Below are positions 11,904 to 19,873 of a stretch of DNA of 64,000 bases, piece by piece. The position numbers and the translations under genes are program-made. Within the stretch, counting starts at the first letter, position 1, and each line of letters begins with the position of its first letter. The notes under the pieces were generated by a model. That model saw nothing but the letters and a program-made list of their open reading frames with translations. It had not been told where the DNA came from and ran no database searches. The stretch comes from Vicinamibacteria bacterium (lineage in GTDB: Bacteria; Acidobacteriota; Vicinamibacteria; Marinacidobacterales; Marinacidobacteraceae), in assembly GCA_965199715.1 (NCBI GenBank), contig OZ241322.1:1440001-1504000 (forward strand), given 5' to 3'.

Positions 11904-12698
11904 GTGCGGATTTCGAAGGAGCTCTGCGTCGGCTGCGGCAACTGCGTCGCCGTGTGCCCGGTCTCGGCGATCCGGGTCGGCGACGACGGACGCGCCTTCG
12001 TCGAGAGCGACCAGTGCGTCGAGTGCTTCACCTGCTACCGCAACCTGAGCACCGAGAAGCTGAACCCGAGCCTCGTCCGCGGGTTCCGGAAGATGCTCTC
12101 GTGGTTCCGGCTGCGTTTCGACCCGGAGCCGGACGTGTGCCCCACCTCGGCGATCGAGCCCGAGGAGCTCGCGTGGCCGCGCGTGGTGCGCCGCGCGTTC
12201 AGCGATCCGCTCGTCTCGCACGAGGCCACCGGGGTGCACGGGCGGGGCACCGAGGAAGTCAAGACCAACGACGTCACGGGGCGGGTCTCGGTGGGCGAGT
12301 GCGGGATGACCGTCGAGTTCGGGCGGCCGGGCGTGTCGGCGACCTTCGCCGACATGGACCGGGTCACGAGGAAGCTGGCGTCGATCGGGGTCCGCTTCGA
12401 GAAGCGCAACCCGGTCACCGCGATGATGCCCGATCCGGAAACCGGCGCGATCCGCGAGGACCTGCTCGGCGAGCGGGTGCTCTCGGCGATCGTCGAGATC
12501 AAGATCCAGATGGAGCGGGTTCCCGAAGTGCTGCGGGCCGTCGAGGAAGCGGCGCGCGAGTCGGAGACGATCATCTCGGTGGGCGCCTCCACCCGCTGCG
12601 GCCCGGACGGGCAGGACGATCTCGGGGCGCTTCTCGCCGAAGCCGGCCATTCCCCGATCCGGGGCAAGACCAACCTCGGGCTCGGGCGCGCCGGTTGA
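11904..12698 (+). CDS. 4Fe-4S dicluster protein with uncharacterised C-terminal domain
   Basis: CVGCGNCVAVCP and CVECFTC...(insert)...DVCP; C-terminal GRGTEEVKTNDVTGR and KTNLGLG; start GTG 11904 (or CTG 11898). Confidence 0.75.
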   Translation: MRISKELCVGCGNCVAVCPVSAIRVGDDGRAFVESDQCVECFTCYRNLSTEKLNPSLVRGFRKMLSWFRLRFDPEPDVCPTSAIEPEELAWPRVVRRAFSDPLVSHEATGVHGRGTEEVKTNDVTGRVSVGECGMTVEFGRPGVSATFADMDRVTRKLASIGVRFEKRNPVTAMMPDPETGAIREDLLGERVLSAIVEIKIQMERVPEVLRAVEEAARESETIISVGASTRCGPDGQDDLGALLAEAGHSPIRGKTNLGLGRAG

Positions 12699-13432
12699 GC
12701 GACCCGGCGGAGCTTCTCGCCCGGGCCCGCCGGATCGTCGGGTTCACCGGCGCCGGAATCTCGACCGAGTCGGGGGTGCCCGACTTCCGCAGCCCCGACG
12801 GGGTCTGGGCGAGGAACCGGACGGTGACGTTCCAGGAATTTCTCGCGAGCGAGGCCGATCGGATCGAGTACTGGCGGCAGAAGGCCGCGGCGTGGCCGGC
12901 GATGCGCGACGCGGCCCCGAACGCCGGGCACCGGGCCTTCGCGACGCTCGAGGAGCAAGGACGCCTGCTCGCGCTCGTCACCCAGAACATCGACGGCCTC
13001 CACCAGCGGGCCGGGGCGCCGCCCGACAAGGTGCTGGAGCTGCACGGCACGACGGCGGAAGCCGGATGCCTCGACTGCGGCCGGCGCATCTCGATGGACG
13101 AGGCCTGCCGCCGCGTCGCAGCCGGCGAGCGCGCGCCCCGGTGCCGGGAGTGCGGCGGTCTCCTGAAGCCGGCGACGGTCTCGTTCGGTCAGGCGCTTCC
13201 CTGGGAGGTCCTCGTCGAGACGCAGCGCGCCGCCGAACGCTGCGACCTGATGCTCGTGGTCGGCTCGTCGCTCGTGGTGGAGCCCGCGGCGTCGATCCCG
13301 CGCCTTGCGAAGGCGAGCGGCGCGCGCCTCGTGATCGTGAACCGGGACCCCACGCCGCTCGACCGAATCGCCAACGCGGTGGTCTCCGGCGAGATCGGCG
13401 ACGCGCTGCCGGAGCTGGTCAGCCTTCCCTGA
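12695..13432 (+). CDS. cobB: NAD-dependent protein deacylase (sirtuin)
   Basis: TGAGISTESGVPDFR, TQNIDGLHQRAG, ELHG, CxxC...CxxC, VGSSLVVEPAA; TTG start overlaps upstream TGA. Confidence 0.9.
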   Translation: MSDPAELLARARRIVGFTGAGISTESGVPDFRSPDGVWARNRTVTFQEFLASEADRIEYWRQKAAAWPAMRDAAPNAGHRAFATLEEQGRLLALVTQNIDGLHQRAGAPPDKVLELHGTTAEAGCLDCGRRISMDEACRRVAAGERAPRCRECGGLLKPATVSFGQALPWEVLVETQRAAERCDLMLVVGSSLVVEPAASIPRLAKASGARLVIVNRDPTPLDRIANAVVSGEIGDALPELVSLP

Positions 13433-14078
13433 GAATCCGGCAGGCGCGGGTCGTGTTGAAGATCCCGCACGAGCAGAAGCGCGCCATGGCCTCGGCGCAC
13501 TCCTGCGGTTCGCGGCGGCCGGTGCGGACCCAGTCGAGCATCTTGCGGGCGAAGCCGAACGAGAGCATCCCGTGCCCGCACATCGTCGAGAGCTGCAGCG
13601 TGGCCCGGTCGGGCAAGCGATCGAGGTTGCCGAAGAAACCGAGCGAGTACTCGACGCTGTGGCGCACGATCCCGGCCTCCCGCGCGAGTTCCTCGGCGCG
13701 TCCGGTGAGGCCGCTCACGTTCACCGAGATGCCGAGATCGGCATTCTTCAGGTCGGCGAGGAAGGCCACGAGCGCGTCCTCCGCATCGAAGACGGCGGAC
13801 ACGACGGTGGGCGCCCGGACCCCGGCCCGGATCGCCTCCTTCTTCAGCCGGCGCCGGCGCCGCCAGTGGGCCAGCGGGTTCAGCCTCGAGGATCGGAAAA
13901 TCCCGCCGCGGGTCGCGTCGCCGAGGTTGATCGGCCGGTGCCGCATCGCGATCTCGGTGAAGCGCTGGAGCTTCTCCACCGAGCCCTCGTCGTTGATCCC
14001 GCGGGCGGGCATCGCGAAGACGATGTAGTCGTCCTTCAGGCTCGCCGCCGAGCCGTAGCGGTGGAGAGTGTTCGTCAC
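13419..14078 (-). CDS. Conserved-looking hypothetical protein with C-terminal Cys motifs (possible Fe-S/metal binding)
   Basis: GTG start 14078, N-terminus TNTLHRYG...DDYIVFAM, C-terminus STMCGHG...ECAE...RFCSCGIFN; host-like codon usage. Confidence 0.7.
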   Translation of the reverse strand: MTNTLHRYGSAASLKDDYIVFAMPARGINDEGSVEKLQRFTEIAMRHRPINLGDATRGGIFRSSRLNPLAHWRRRRRLKKEAIRAGVRAPTVVSAVFDAEDALVAFLADLKNADLGISVNVSGLTGRAEELAREAGIVRHSVEYSLGFFGNLDRLPDRATLQLSTMCGHGMLSFGFARKMLDWVRTGRREPQECAEAMARFCSCGIFNTTRACRILREG

Positions 14079-14100
14079 GCCCTTCCAGCATAATCCGGGC

Positions 14101-15366
14101 GTGGCCCGGCAGTGGATTCCGGTGGAAGGGGTCGGACCCGCTCCCGAAGGCGACTGGAGCGGCGGCTGGGCGGGACGCCGGGGCGATTTCGCGTGGGAGC
14201 TGACCCTCGGAACCGACGCCGAACTGCCATGGATCGAGAACGCGGTCACGCCGCCGTCGGTCCCCGACTTGGCGCTCCATCTCCATGAACTGCCTGAGCT
14301 TCCCGCCGGCGCGCTCTGGCTTCCGGGTTTCCATCGGGCGTTTCCCTGCCGGGCCTCGGGAAAGGGCGCCCCCCGCATCCCGACGATCGCGACCCCCGAG
14401 TACCTGCTCGCCCGCCTCCAGCGGCTCGGAGCGCGGAACGTCCTCGCGACCGCCGACGAGGGCGAACTGCTGCTGCGGGCCGGAGAGGTCTTCGCCGGGC
14501 GCGGCCCCGCTTGCCGCTTCACGGTGCGCCGAAGACCGGGTCCGCCAGCCGAGCGCCCTGGACCGTCAGCGCCGGCCGGCGGGTCGTTCGCGCTCCACGA
14601 TCTGGACCCGCGCATCCGCGCCCGAGTCCTGCACGCAGCTCCGTGGACCGCGGTCAACCGGCTGCTCCTCGGCGTGGAGCTCAAGAAGCCTGCTGCGGCG
14701 GCGCAGGCGTTCGAGGCGGCGATCGAGATCGACCCCGAGTACGCGGCGGCGCACTTCGAGCTCGGCAAGACCAAGATCCAACTCGACGATCTGGAAGGGG
14801 CGCTCCAATCGTTCCTCCGGGCTGCCGACCTGCTGCCGGAGTTCGCGTCGGCGTGGGCGAACGCCGGAGCCGCGCTCGGCGAACTCGAGCGAACTGAGGA
14901 GGCGCTGGAGCCGCTCGAACGCGCAGCGAAACTGGACCCGCTGAACCACAGCTTCGTCTCGAACATCGGGGTCACCCAGCGCGATCTGGGATGGCTCGAG
15001 GAATCCGAGGCGACGTTCCGCCGAGCGCTCGCACTCGCCCCCGATTTCGTGTTCGGCACGTACAACCTCGCGAACGTCGTGTACCTGCGGGGCCGCCACG
15101 GCGAGGCGGTGGAGCTCTTCGAGGACGCGAGGGAGCGCGACCCCGGAAAGTCCTCCCGGCAAGGGCTGCTGCTCGCGGTCGCCCGGCTCGCCGCCGGCGA
15201 CGAGGAAGGGGCGCTCCGGATGTACGCCGAGGTCTTCGATTCGCTTGAGGGCCAGATGAAGCTGGATATGCGGACGGTGGCCGAATGGGACTTGAAGGGC
15301 CTCGCCCGCCGAATGGGCGTCATCCCCGGGTTCCGCCAAGCGGCGGAGCTGGTCCGCAGCGTCTAG
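14101..15366 (+). CDS. Tetratricopeptide repeat protein
   Basis: Repeated helical units (AIEIDPEYAAAHFELG, LLPEFASAWANAG, LDPLNH, LAPDF...YNLA); GTG 14101 lies 6 nt after CATAAT. Confidence 0.8.
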   Translation: MARQWIPVEGVGPAPEGDWSGGWAGRRGDFAWELTLGTDAELPWIENAVTPPSVPDLALHLHELPELPAGALWLPGFHRAFPCRASGKGAPRIPTIATPEYLLARLQRLGARNVLATADEGELLLRAGEVFAGRGPACRFTVRRRPGPPAERPGPSAPAGGSFALHDLDPRIRARVLHAAPWTAVNRLLLGVELKKPAAAAQAFEAAIEIDPEYAAAHFELGKTKIQLDDLEGALQSFLRAADLLPEFASAWANAGAALGELERTEEALEPLERAAKLDPLNHSFVSNIGVTQRDLGWLEESEATFRRALALAPDFVFGTYNLANVVYLRGRHGEAVELFEDARERDPGKSSRQGLLLAVARLAAGDEEGALRMYAEVFDSLEGQMKLDMRTVAEWDLKGLARRMGVIPGFRQAAELVRSV

Positions 15367-15378
15367 GCTCACCGGCCC

Positions 15379-15903
15379 GTGACCATCTTCGACTCGTGTC
15401 GTCCACGCGCGGATGTCCTCGCGGGCAACGTCATCGACGCGGACTTCGCGGCCGATCTGGCGGCCGTCGTGAATGGAACGGGTCCGGCTGACTACGTCGA
15501 TCCGAAGCGATTCTTCGCGAACACCTACCCGACGCGGGGGCTCAAGGATCTGCTGGCGAACGTCTGCCGCCGGCTCAGCGGCGCGGGCGGCGCTCCCGAG
15601 GAGTTCGCCGATAGCCTCGCCCAGCATCTGAACCGGCTCACGAGGGGAGCCGCGAACATCCGCGCCCTGGCGGAGGCCACGTGTCCATGACGCAGCGACG
15701 AGGGCGCCCTTCCCCGGTACGAACGGTGCGCCCGGCGCCGCGTTTCCCGCGAAACCGAGTGCTGGATCTGGCAGCTTCCGGCCCCCGCCCAGCACCACGG
15801 GAAGACGAGCAGGCGAGTCGCCGACCTTCGGGGCCACAGTCTGGAAATCGTGGAGCACCGCGTCCTCAAGCCGAGGGCGGAGCTCGCCGAGCGGGAACGC
15901 TGA
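15379..15903 (+). pseudogene. Remnant of a DUF499-type AAA ATPase gene (15379-15690) followed by a degraded downstream gene fragment
   Basis: TIFDSCRPRADVLAG...DFAADLAAVV...YVDPKRFFANTYPTRGLKDLL...VCRRLSG matches the DUF499 N-terminus, but the ORF stops after 103 aa, before any Walker A. Confidence 0.7.
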
Positions 15904-15968
15904 TCGCGTTTGACTTGGGCGGCGGCCGGCGGTAAAAGGACGAATTCCCCCACGGAGGCGCTGACCCG

Positions 15969-17420
15969 ATGATCCCCGCGAAATCCGCGACCCTTTCGGT
16001 CCTCGCCGCCGGCCTACTGCTGCTCGTCGGCCCCACCGTCGCGCAGGAAGAGGAGCAGAAGCCGCCCGAGGGGCAGACGCATCCGCTCCTCGAGCCGCAC
16101 GACGTGCTCAACGAGTTCGGCGTGATGAGCTCGTCGGGCCATAACGACGGCGGTTGGGCGCTGCCGCCCGAGCTCCGGGTTCCCGAGCAGTACCAGTACC
16201 GCCGCCGGGACCAGCAGTTGCGGGAGGTCGATCTGACCGGGAACCAGCTCCCGCCCGTGCTGACCGAGATGCGGGTGCTCTCGAAGGAGGTCGAGGCGGG
16301 CGGCGAGGTCCGCGCCATCGCCCGCGTGGTTTCGCCGTACAACAAGGCCCAGTCGTTCGTCTCGCTGTTCTACAACCGGGAGCTCGGGCGGGCGGCGACG
16401 ATGTACGTGAACTTCCAGCCGCACGACGAGGACGAGACGCTCTTCCTCGGCCGGGGCAAGCTCTCGCGCTACGCCGCGCCGGGGCGCTACGTGGTCGGAA
16501 CCACGATCATCGCCGACCGGGTCGGCGACCGGAAGGCGTACTGGGCCGACTTCCACAAGGCCATGCAGGAGGAGGACGGCTCCCCGATCGGGTTCGAGGT
16601 TCCCGAAAACGACACCTTCGACATCCAGGCGCCCACGCTCGACTGGGTGAAGGTGGACACCGAGCGGGTGCGGGCCGGCGGCGGCCTCATCCACTACAGC
16701 GTAATGGCCAGCGACAACAAGTCGGGAGCCACCGAGGCGGAGACCCAGTGGGTGTCCCCGACCGGCTACCACCAGATCCGCTCCACGATGGTCATGGCCG
16801 GCGGCACGCCGGGCCTGTTCCGGGGCGTCCTCCAGATCCCCCGGTGGTACGAGGGCGGCGAGTGGCAGCTCATGCGCGTCTCGCTCAAGGACGACGCGAC
16901 CAACATCCGCTACTACTTCAACCGCACCGAGCCGCTCATGGACGGAGCCGTGGTGCAGGTCGAGCAGGAGCGGGAAATGATCGACCAGCAGCCCGCCAAG
17001 GTGCTCGCGGTCCAGTTCAGCAAGAACGAGGCGAAGCTGGGCGAACGGGTCGGCCTGACGGTGCTCGCCGAGGACAACCTGTCGGGCGTCTTCGGGATCG
17101 AGGGCTACGTCCGGTCGCCGAACGGGGCCGACGCGGTGAAGGTGAAGCTCAGGAGCATGACGCCGGAAGCCGGCGAATTCGTGGACGTGAACCGCCCGTC
17201 GAAGCTGCCGGAGCCGAACATCTGGACGGGCACCTTCACCGTCACCGACACCATGGAGTGGGGCGAATGGGAGCTGGTCCGGCTCGGAATCTCCGACGCC
17301 GCCCGGAACCTGTTCACCTACTACGAGGACCGCGACCCGGAGATCAACGGGATCACGGTCCGCTTCTACAATGACGAAGCCGACTCCAGCGGAGGCGGCG
17401 ACGAGGGGGATCCACGATGA
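15969..17420 (+). CDS. Secreted protein with three tandem ~120-aa Ig-like beta repeats
   Basis: Sec signal (..LLLVGPTVA/QEE); repeats share D..(A)P.(L/V)..V....G....(A.DN.SG)...SP.G...G.(W/Y)....D...(N)...Y. Confidence 0.75.
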   Translation: MIPAKSATLSVLAAGLLLLVGPTVAQEEEQKPPEGQTHPLLEPHDVLNEFGVMSSSGHNDGGWALPPELRVPEQYQYRRRDQQLREVDLTGNQLPPVLTEMRVLSKEVEAGGEVRAIARVVSPYNKAQSFVSLFYNRELGRAATMYVNFQPHDEDETLFLGRGKLSRYAAPGRYVVGTTIIADRVGDRKAYWADFHKAMQEEDGSPIGFEVPENDTFDIQAPTLDWVKVDTERVRAGGGLIHYSVMASDNKSGATEAETQWVSPTGYHQIRSTMVMAGGTPGLFRGVLQIPRWYEGGEWQLMRVSLKDDATNIRYYFNRTEPLMDGAVVQVEQEREMIDQQPAKVLAVQFSKNEAKLGERVGLTVLAEDNLSGVFGIEGYVRSPNGADAVKVKLRSMTPEAGEFVDVNRPSKLPEPNIWTGTFTVTDTMEWGEWELVRLGISDAARNLFTYYEDRDPEINGITVRFYNDEADSSGGGDEGDPR

Positions 17421-18745
17421 TCGACCGACGCGACTTCTTCAAACTCGGCGCGGCAGCCGGGGCGGGGGCGCTCCTCACCACCACGAACGCCGCCGGGAGC
17501 CCCATCGTCGAGGCCGGAGCGGGCATTCCGCAGGGCGGGATGATCCTGCCCGAGAACCCGGGCTTCAAGACGAAGCACCTCGTGACCGTGATCCTCGGCA
17601 ACGGGGCCCGCAAGAACGACGTCATCGACAATCCGGAGCACTCCCCGTTCCAGACGAAGATGGCGAAGGACGCCACGGTCTTCATGGAGGACTACGGCGA
17701 GACCGCGAACCTCCACGGGTACATGTACTCGGAGGTTCTCTGCGGAGTCGATGCGCCGGCCCAGCGCCCGCGCTACCCGACTTGGTGCGAGTACATCCGG
17801 AAGAAGGCCGGCGGCAAGGCCACCGACTTCTGGACCCTGCAGGGCGCGTCCTACTACCGGGCTTGGACCTGGGACGTGAAGCACTTCAGCCAGCACCCCG
17901 AGTACGGTGCGAAGCACGGCTCCACGAGCCTCACGATGAACCGCATCTTCTACCCGGAGCAGAAGCTCACCGGCGAGCAGATCGTGGACCTCAACGTGGA
18001 GAAGGGCCTCGGCCACACGCCGCAGGAACGCCAGCAGGTCGTGGACTTCATCGACGGCGTGCTCCAGAGCAAGTCCTACGTGCCCCCCTCGACCCGGGAG
18101 CCGGTCATCAATCGCGAGATCCCGTACGGCGACGCGCAGGTGCTGACGCTGGTCCCGCAGATCCTGAAGGAGTTCAAGCCGAAGTCGATCACGGCGCAGG
18201 TGCTCGCGCTCGACGACGCCCACGCCGACTTCGGATTCTGGGACTACAACACGGACTACTGGGAGTACATCAAGCACATCAAGACCACCGATGAGCTGAT
18301 CGGCAACCTGTGGAACGAGATCCAGTCCGATCCGTACCTTCGGGACACGACCGCGCTCGTGATCCGTCCCGAGTGCGGGCGCGACGACGAGGTGAACATC
18401 TACGGGCAGCTCGGCCACAGCCCGGGGAACTACTACGCCCACTACGTGTGGTTGATGGCTCTCGGGCCGGACTTCAAGAGGGGCCACACGGTCACCGAAC
18501 GGGTCCAGCGCCGGGACGTGGTTCCGACCCTGACGTACCTCATGTCGGGCGAGAACGCCGAGTACGCGACCGGGCACGTCCGTACCCAGATGTTCAAGGA
18601 CGAGTACAACCTGCCCGGATATATCCTTCCGCCGACCGCCGAGGTCAAGGAACCGGCGGTGGACTGGGAGAAGATCGTCGAGGAACGCCGGATGGCGGAG
18701 AAGGTGAAGGAATTCGCCCGCTCCACCGTCGGCTACGGCGACTGA
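17417..18745 (+). CDS. Tat-exported alkaline phosphatase/sulfatase-superfamily-fold protein of unknown function
   Basis: Twin-arginine MIDRRDFFKLG; LVTVILGNGAR, YSEVLCG, LDDAH, YIKHIKTTDELIGNLW...RDTTALVIRPECGRD, GHS, LMALGPDF, RDVVPTL. Confidence 0.7.
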   Translation: MIDRRDFFKLGAAAGAGALLTTTNAAGSPIVEAGAGIPQGGMILPENPGFKTKHLVTVILGNGARKNDVIDNPEHSPFQTKMAKDATVFMEDYGETANLHGYMYSEVLCGVDAPAQRPRYPTWCEYIRKKAGGKATDFWTLQGASYYRAWTWDVKHFSQHPEYGAKHGSTSLTMNRIFYPEQKLTGEQIVDLNVEKGLGHTPQERQQVVDFIDGVLQSKSYVPPSTREPVINREIPYGDAQVLTLVPQILKEFKPKSITAQVLALDDAHADFGFWDYNTDYWEYIKHIKTTDELIGNLWNEIQSDPYLRDTTALVIRPECGRDDEVNIYGQLGHSPGNYYAHYVWLMALGPDFKRGHTVTERVQRRDVVPTLTYLMSGENAEYATGHVRTQMFKDEYNLPGYILPPTAEVKEPAVDWEKIVEERRMAEKVKEFARSTVGYGD

Positions 18746-18774
18746 CCCCCACCCCACCCCCAAGGAGACCCAAA

Positions 18775-19044
18775 ATGGACGAAAAGACCCGTCGCGACTT
18801 TCTCCGTGCGGCCGGGTTCGCCGTAGCCGGCGTTCTCGGCGCCTCCTCCTTCGCCGCTGGCCAGCAGCAGGAAGAGGAGGAGAAGAAGGAAGAAGAAGAG
18901 CAGGAAGAACTCGACTACGACGCCCTCTTCGCCGAGGACCCGGGCGACGAGGACACCCGCGCCTGCCCGCAGTGCGGGGCTCTCATGTACCGGCAAGGCC
19001 GGACGTGGACCTGCGAGAACTGCGGCTACAGCTACGTCGAGTAG
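18775..19044 (+). CDS. Small Tat-signal protein with acidic linker and C-terminal zinc ribbon
   Basis: Strong RBS AAGGAG; MDEKTRRDFLRAAG; poly-Glu linker; CPQCG-x10-CENCG. Confidence 0.75.
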   Translation: MDEKTRRDFLRAAGFAVAGVLGASSFAAGQQQEEEEKKEEEEQEELDYDALFAEDPGDEDTRACPQCGALMYRQGRTWTCENCGYSYVE

Positions 19045-19075
19045 TCCAACCGCCCGTCGCTGACCCCGCGCCGGC

Positions 19076-19834
19076 CTAGAACGGCGGCGGGAAGACGAGG
19101 CGCCCGAAGAGGGCGGCGAGGATGATCGGGACCGAGAGCATCGTGTGCTCGGCGGAGCCCCGGCGGTAGGTCCAGTACCAGAACGCCGAAACGCTGTCCC
19201 GGCCGTCCAGCATGGCCTGCGTGAAGAAGATCCGCTGGACGGCGATGAGGTTGCAGAAGAACGCGAGAATCCAGAGCGCGATGTGGATGTTCCCGGAGAG
19301 GCACGCGAGGAAGACCAGCGCGGTGCGCTCGGGCCGCTCCATGAATCCGGCGACGCACTGCGGCACCATGGTCTCGGCCCGCGCCTTCGCATACGACGTC
19401 ACCACCGTGCCGGCGGTGGCGAGCCCCCAGAGCACCAGATACAGCGCCTGCGCGTCGCCCTCGAGATGCCGAAGCAGGAACGCCAGCAGGCCCAGCATGA
19501 GCACGATGTCGGCGTAGCGATCCACGACCGAGTCGAGGTACGCGCCGAACCGGGTCACCCGGCCTGAAATCCGGGCGACGGCTCCGTCGAACGTGTCGAA
19601 CGCGCCGCCGATCAGGACCACCCAACCCGCCGTCCAGAGATCGCCCTGAAGCATCGGAACGAACAGCAGCAGGAGCGCGAACGGACCGGTCAGGGTGATG
19701 ACGTTCGCCGGAACCCGGGTGCGGATGATGACCTGCGCGATGGTCTTCCGGATCCACGACAGGCCCGAGGCGACTGCGACGCCGAGTCGGAGGAAGGCGC
19801 CGCCGACGGCGCCCCGGCGCTCGGGCTCCCGCAT
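19076..19834 (-). CDS. CDP-alcohol phosphatidyltransferase (phosphatidylinositol-phosphate synthase-like)
   Basis: PANVITL, signature DTFDGAVAR...FGAYLDSVVDRYAD, SYAKARAE...GFMERPER. Confidence 0.85.
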   Translation of the reverse strand: MREPERRGAVGGAFLRLGVAVASGLSWIRKTIAQVIIRTRVPANVITLTGPFALLLLFVPMLQGDLWTAGWVVLIGGAFDTFDGAVARISGRVTRFGAYLDSVVDRYADIVLMLGLLAFLLRHLEGDAQALYLVLWGLATAGTVVTSYAKARAETMVPQCVAGFMERPERTALVFLACLSGNIHIALWILAFFCNLIAVQRIFFTQAMLDGRDSVSAFWYWTYRRGSAEHTMLSVPIILAALFGRLVFPPPF

Positions 19835-19873
19835 TTCCCGGCGTAGCATACGCGGGGCCGCCCGCCGGAATTC

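Noticed and set aside
12695-13432. Sir2-based anti-phage system (Thoeris/DSR-like)
   Set aside because: It is a compact classical CobB-type deacylase with a zinc-binding insert; no TIR, HerA or Argonaute partner.
18860-18912. GAA/GAG-rich tract as a tandem repeat or contingency locus
   Set aside because: Imperfect codon-level repeat encoding the poly-Glu linker.
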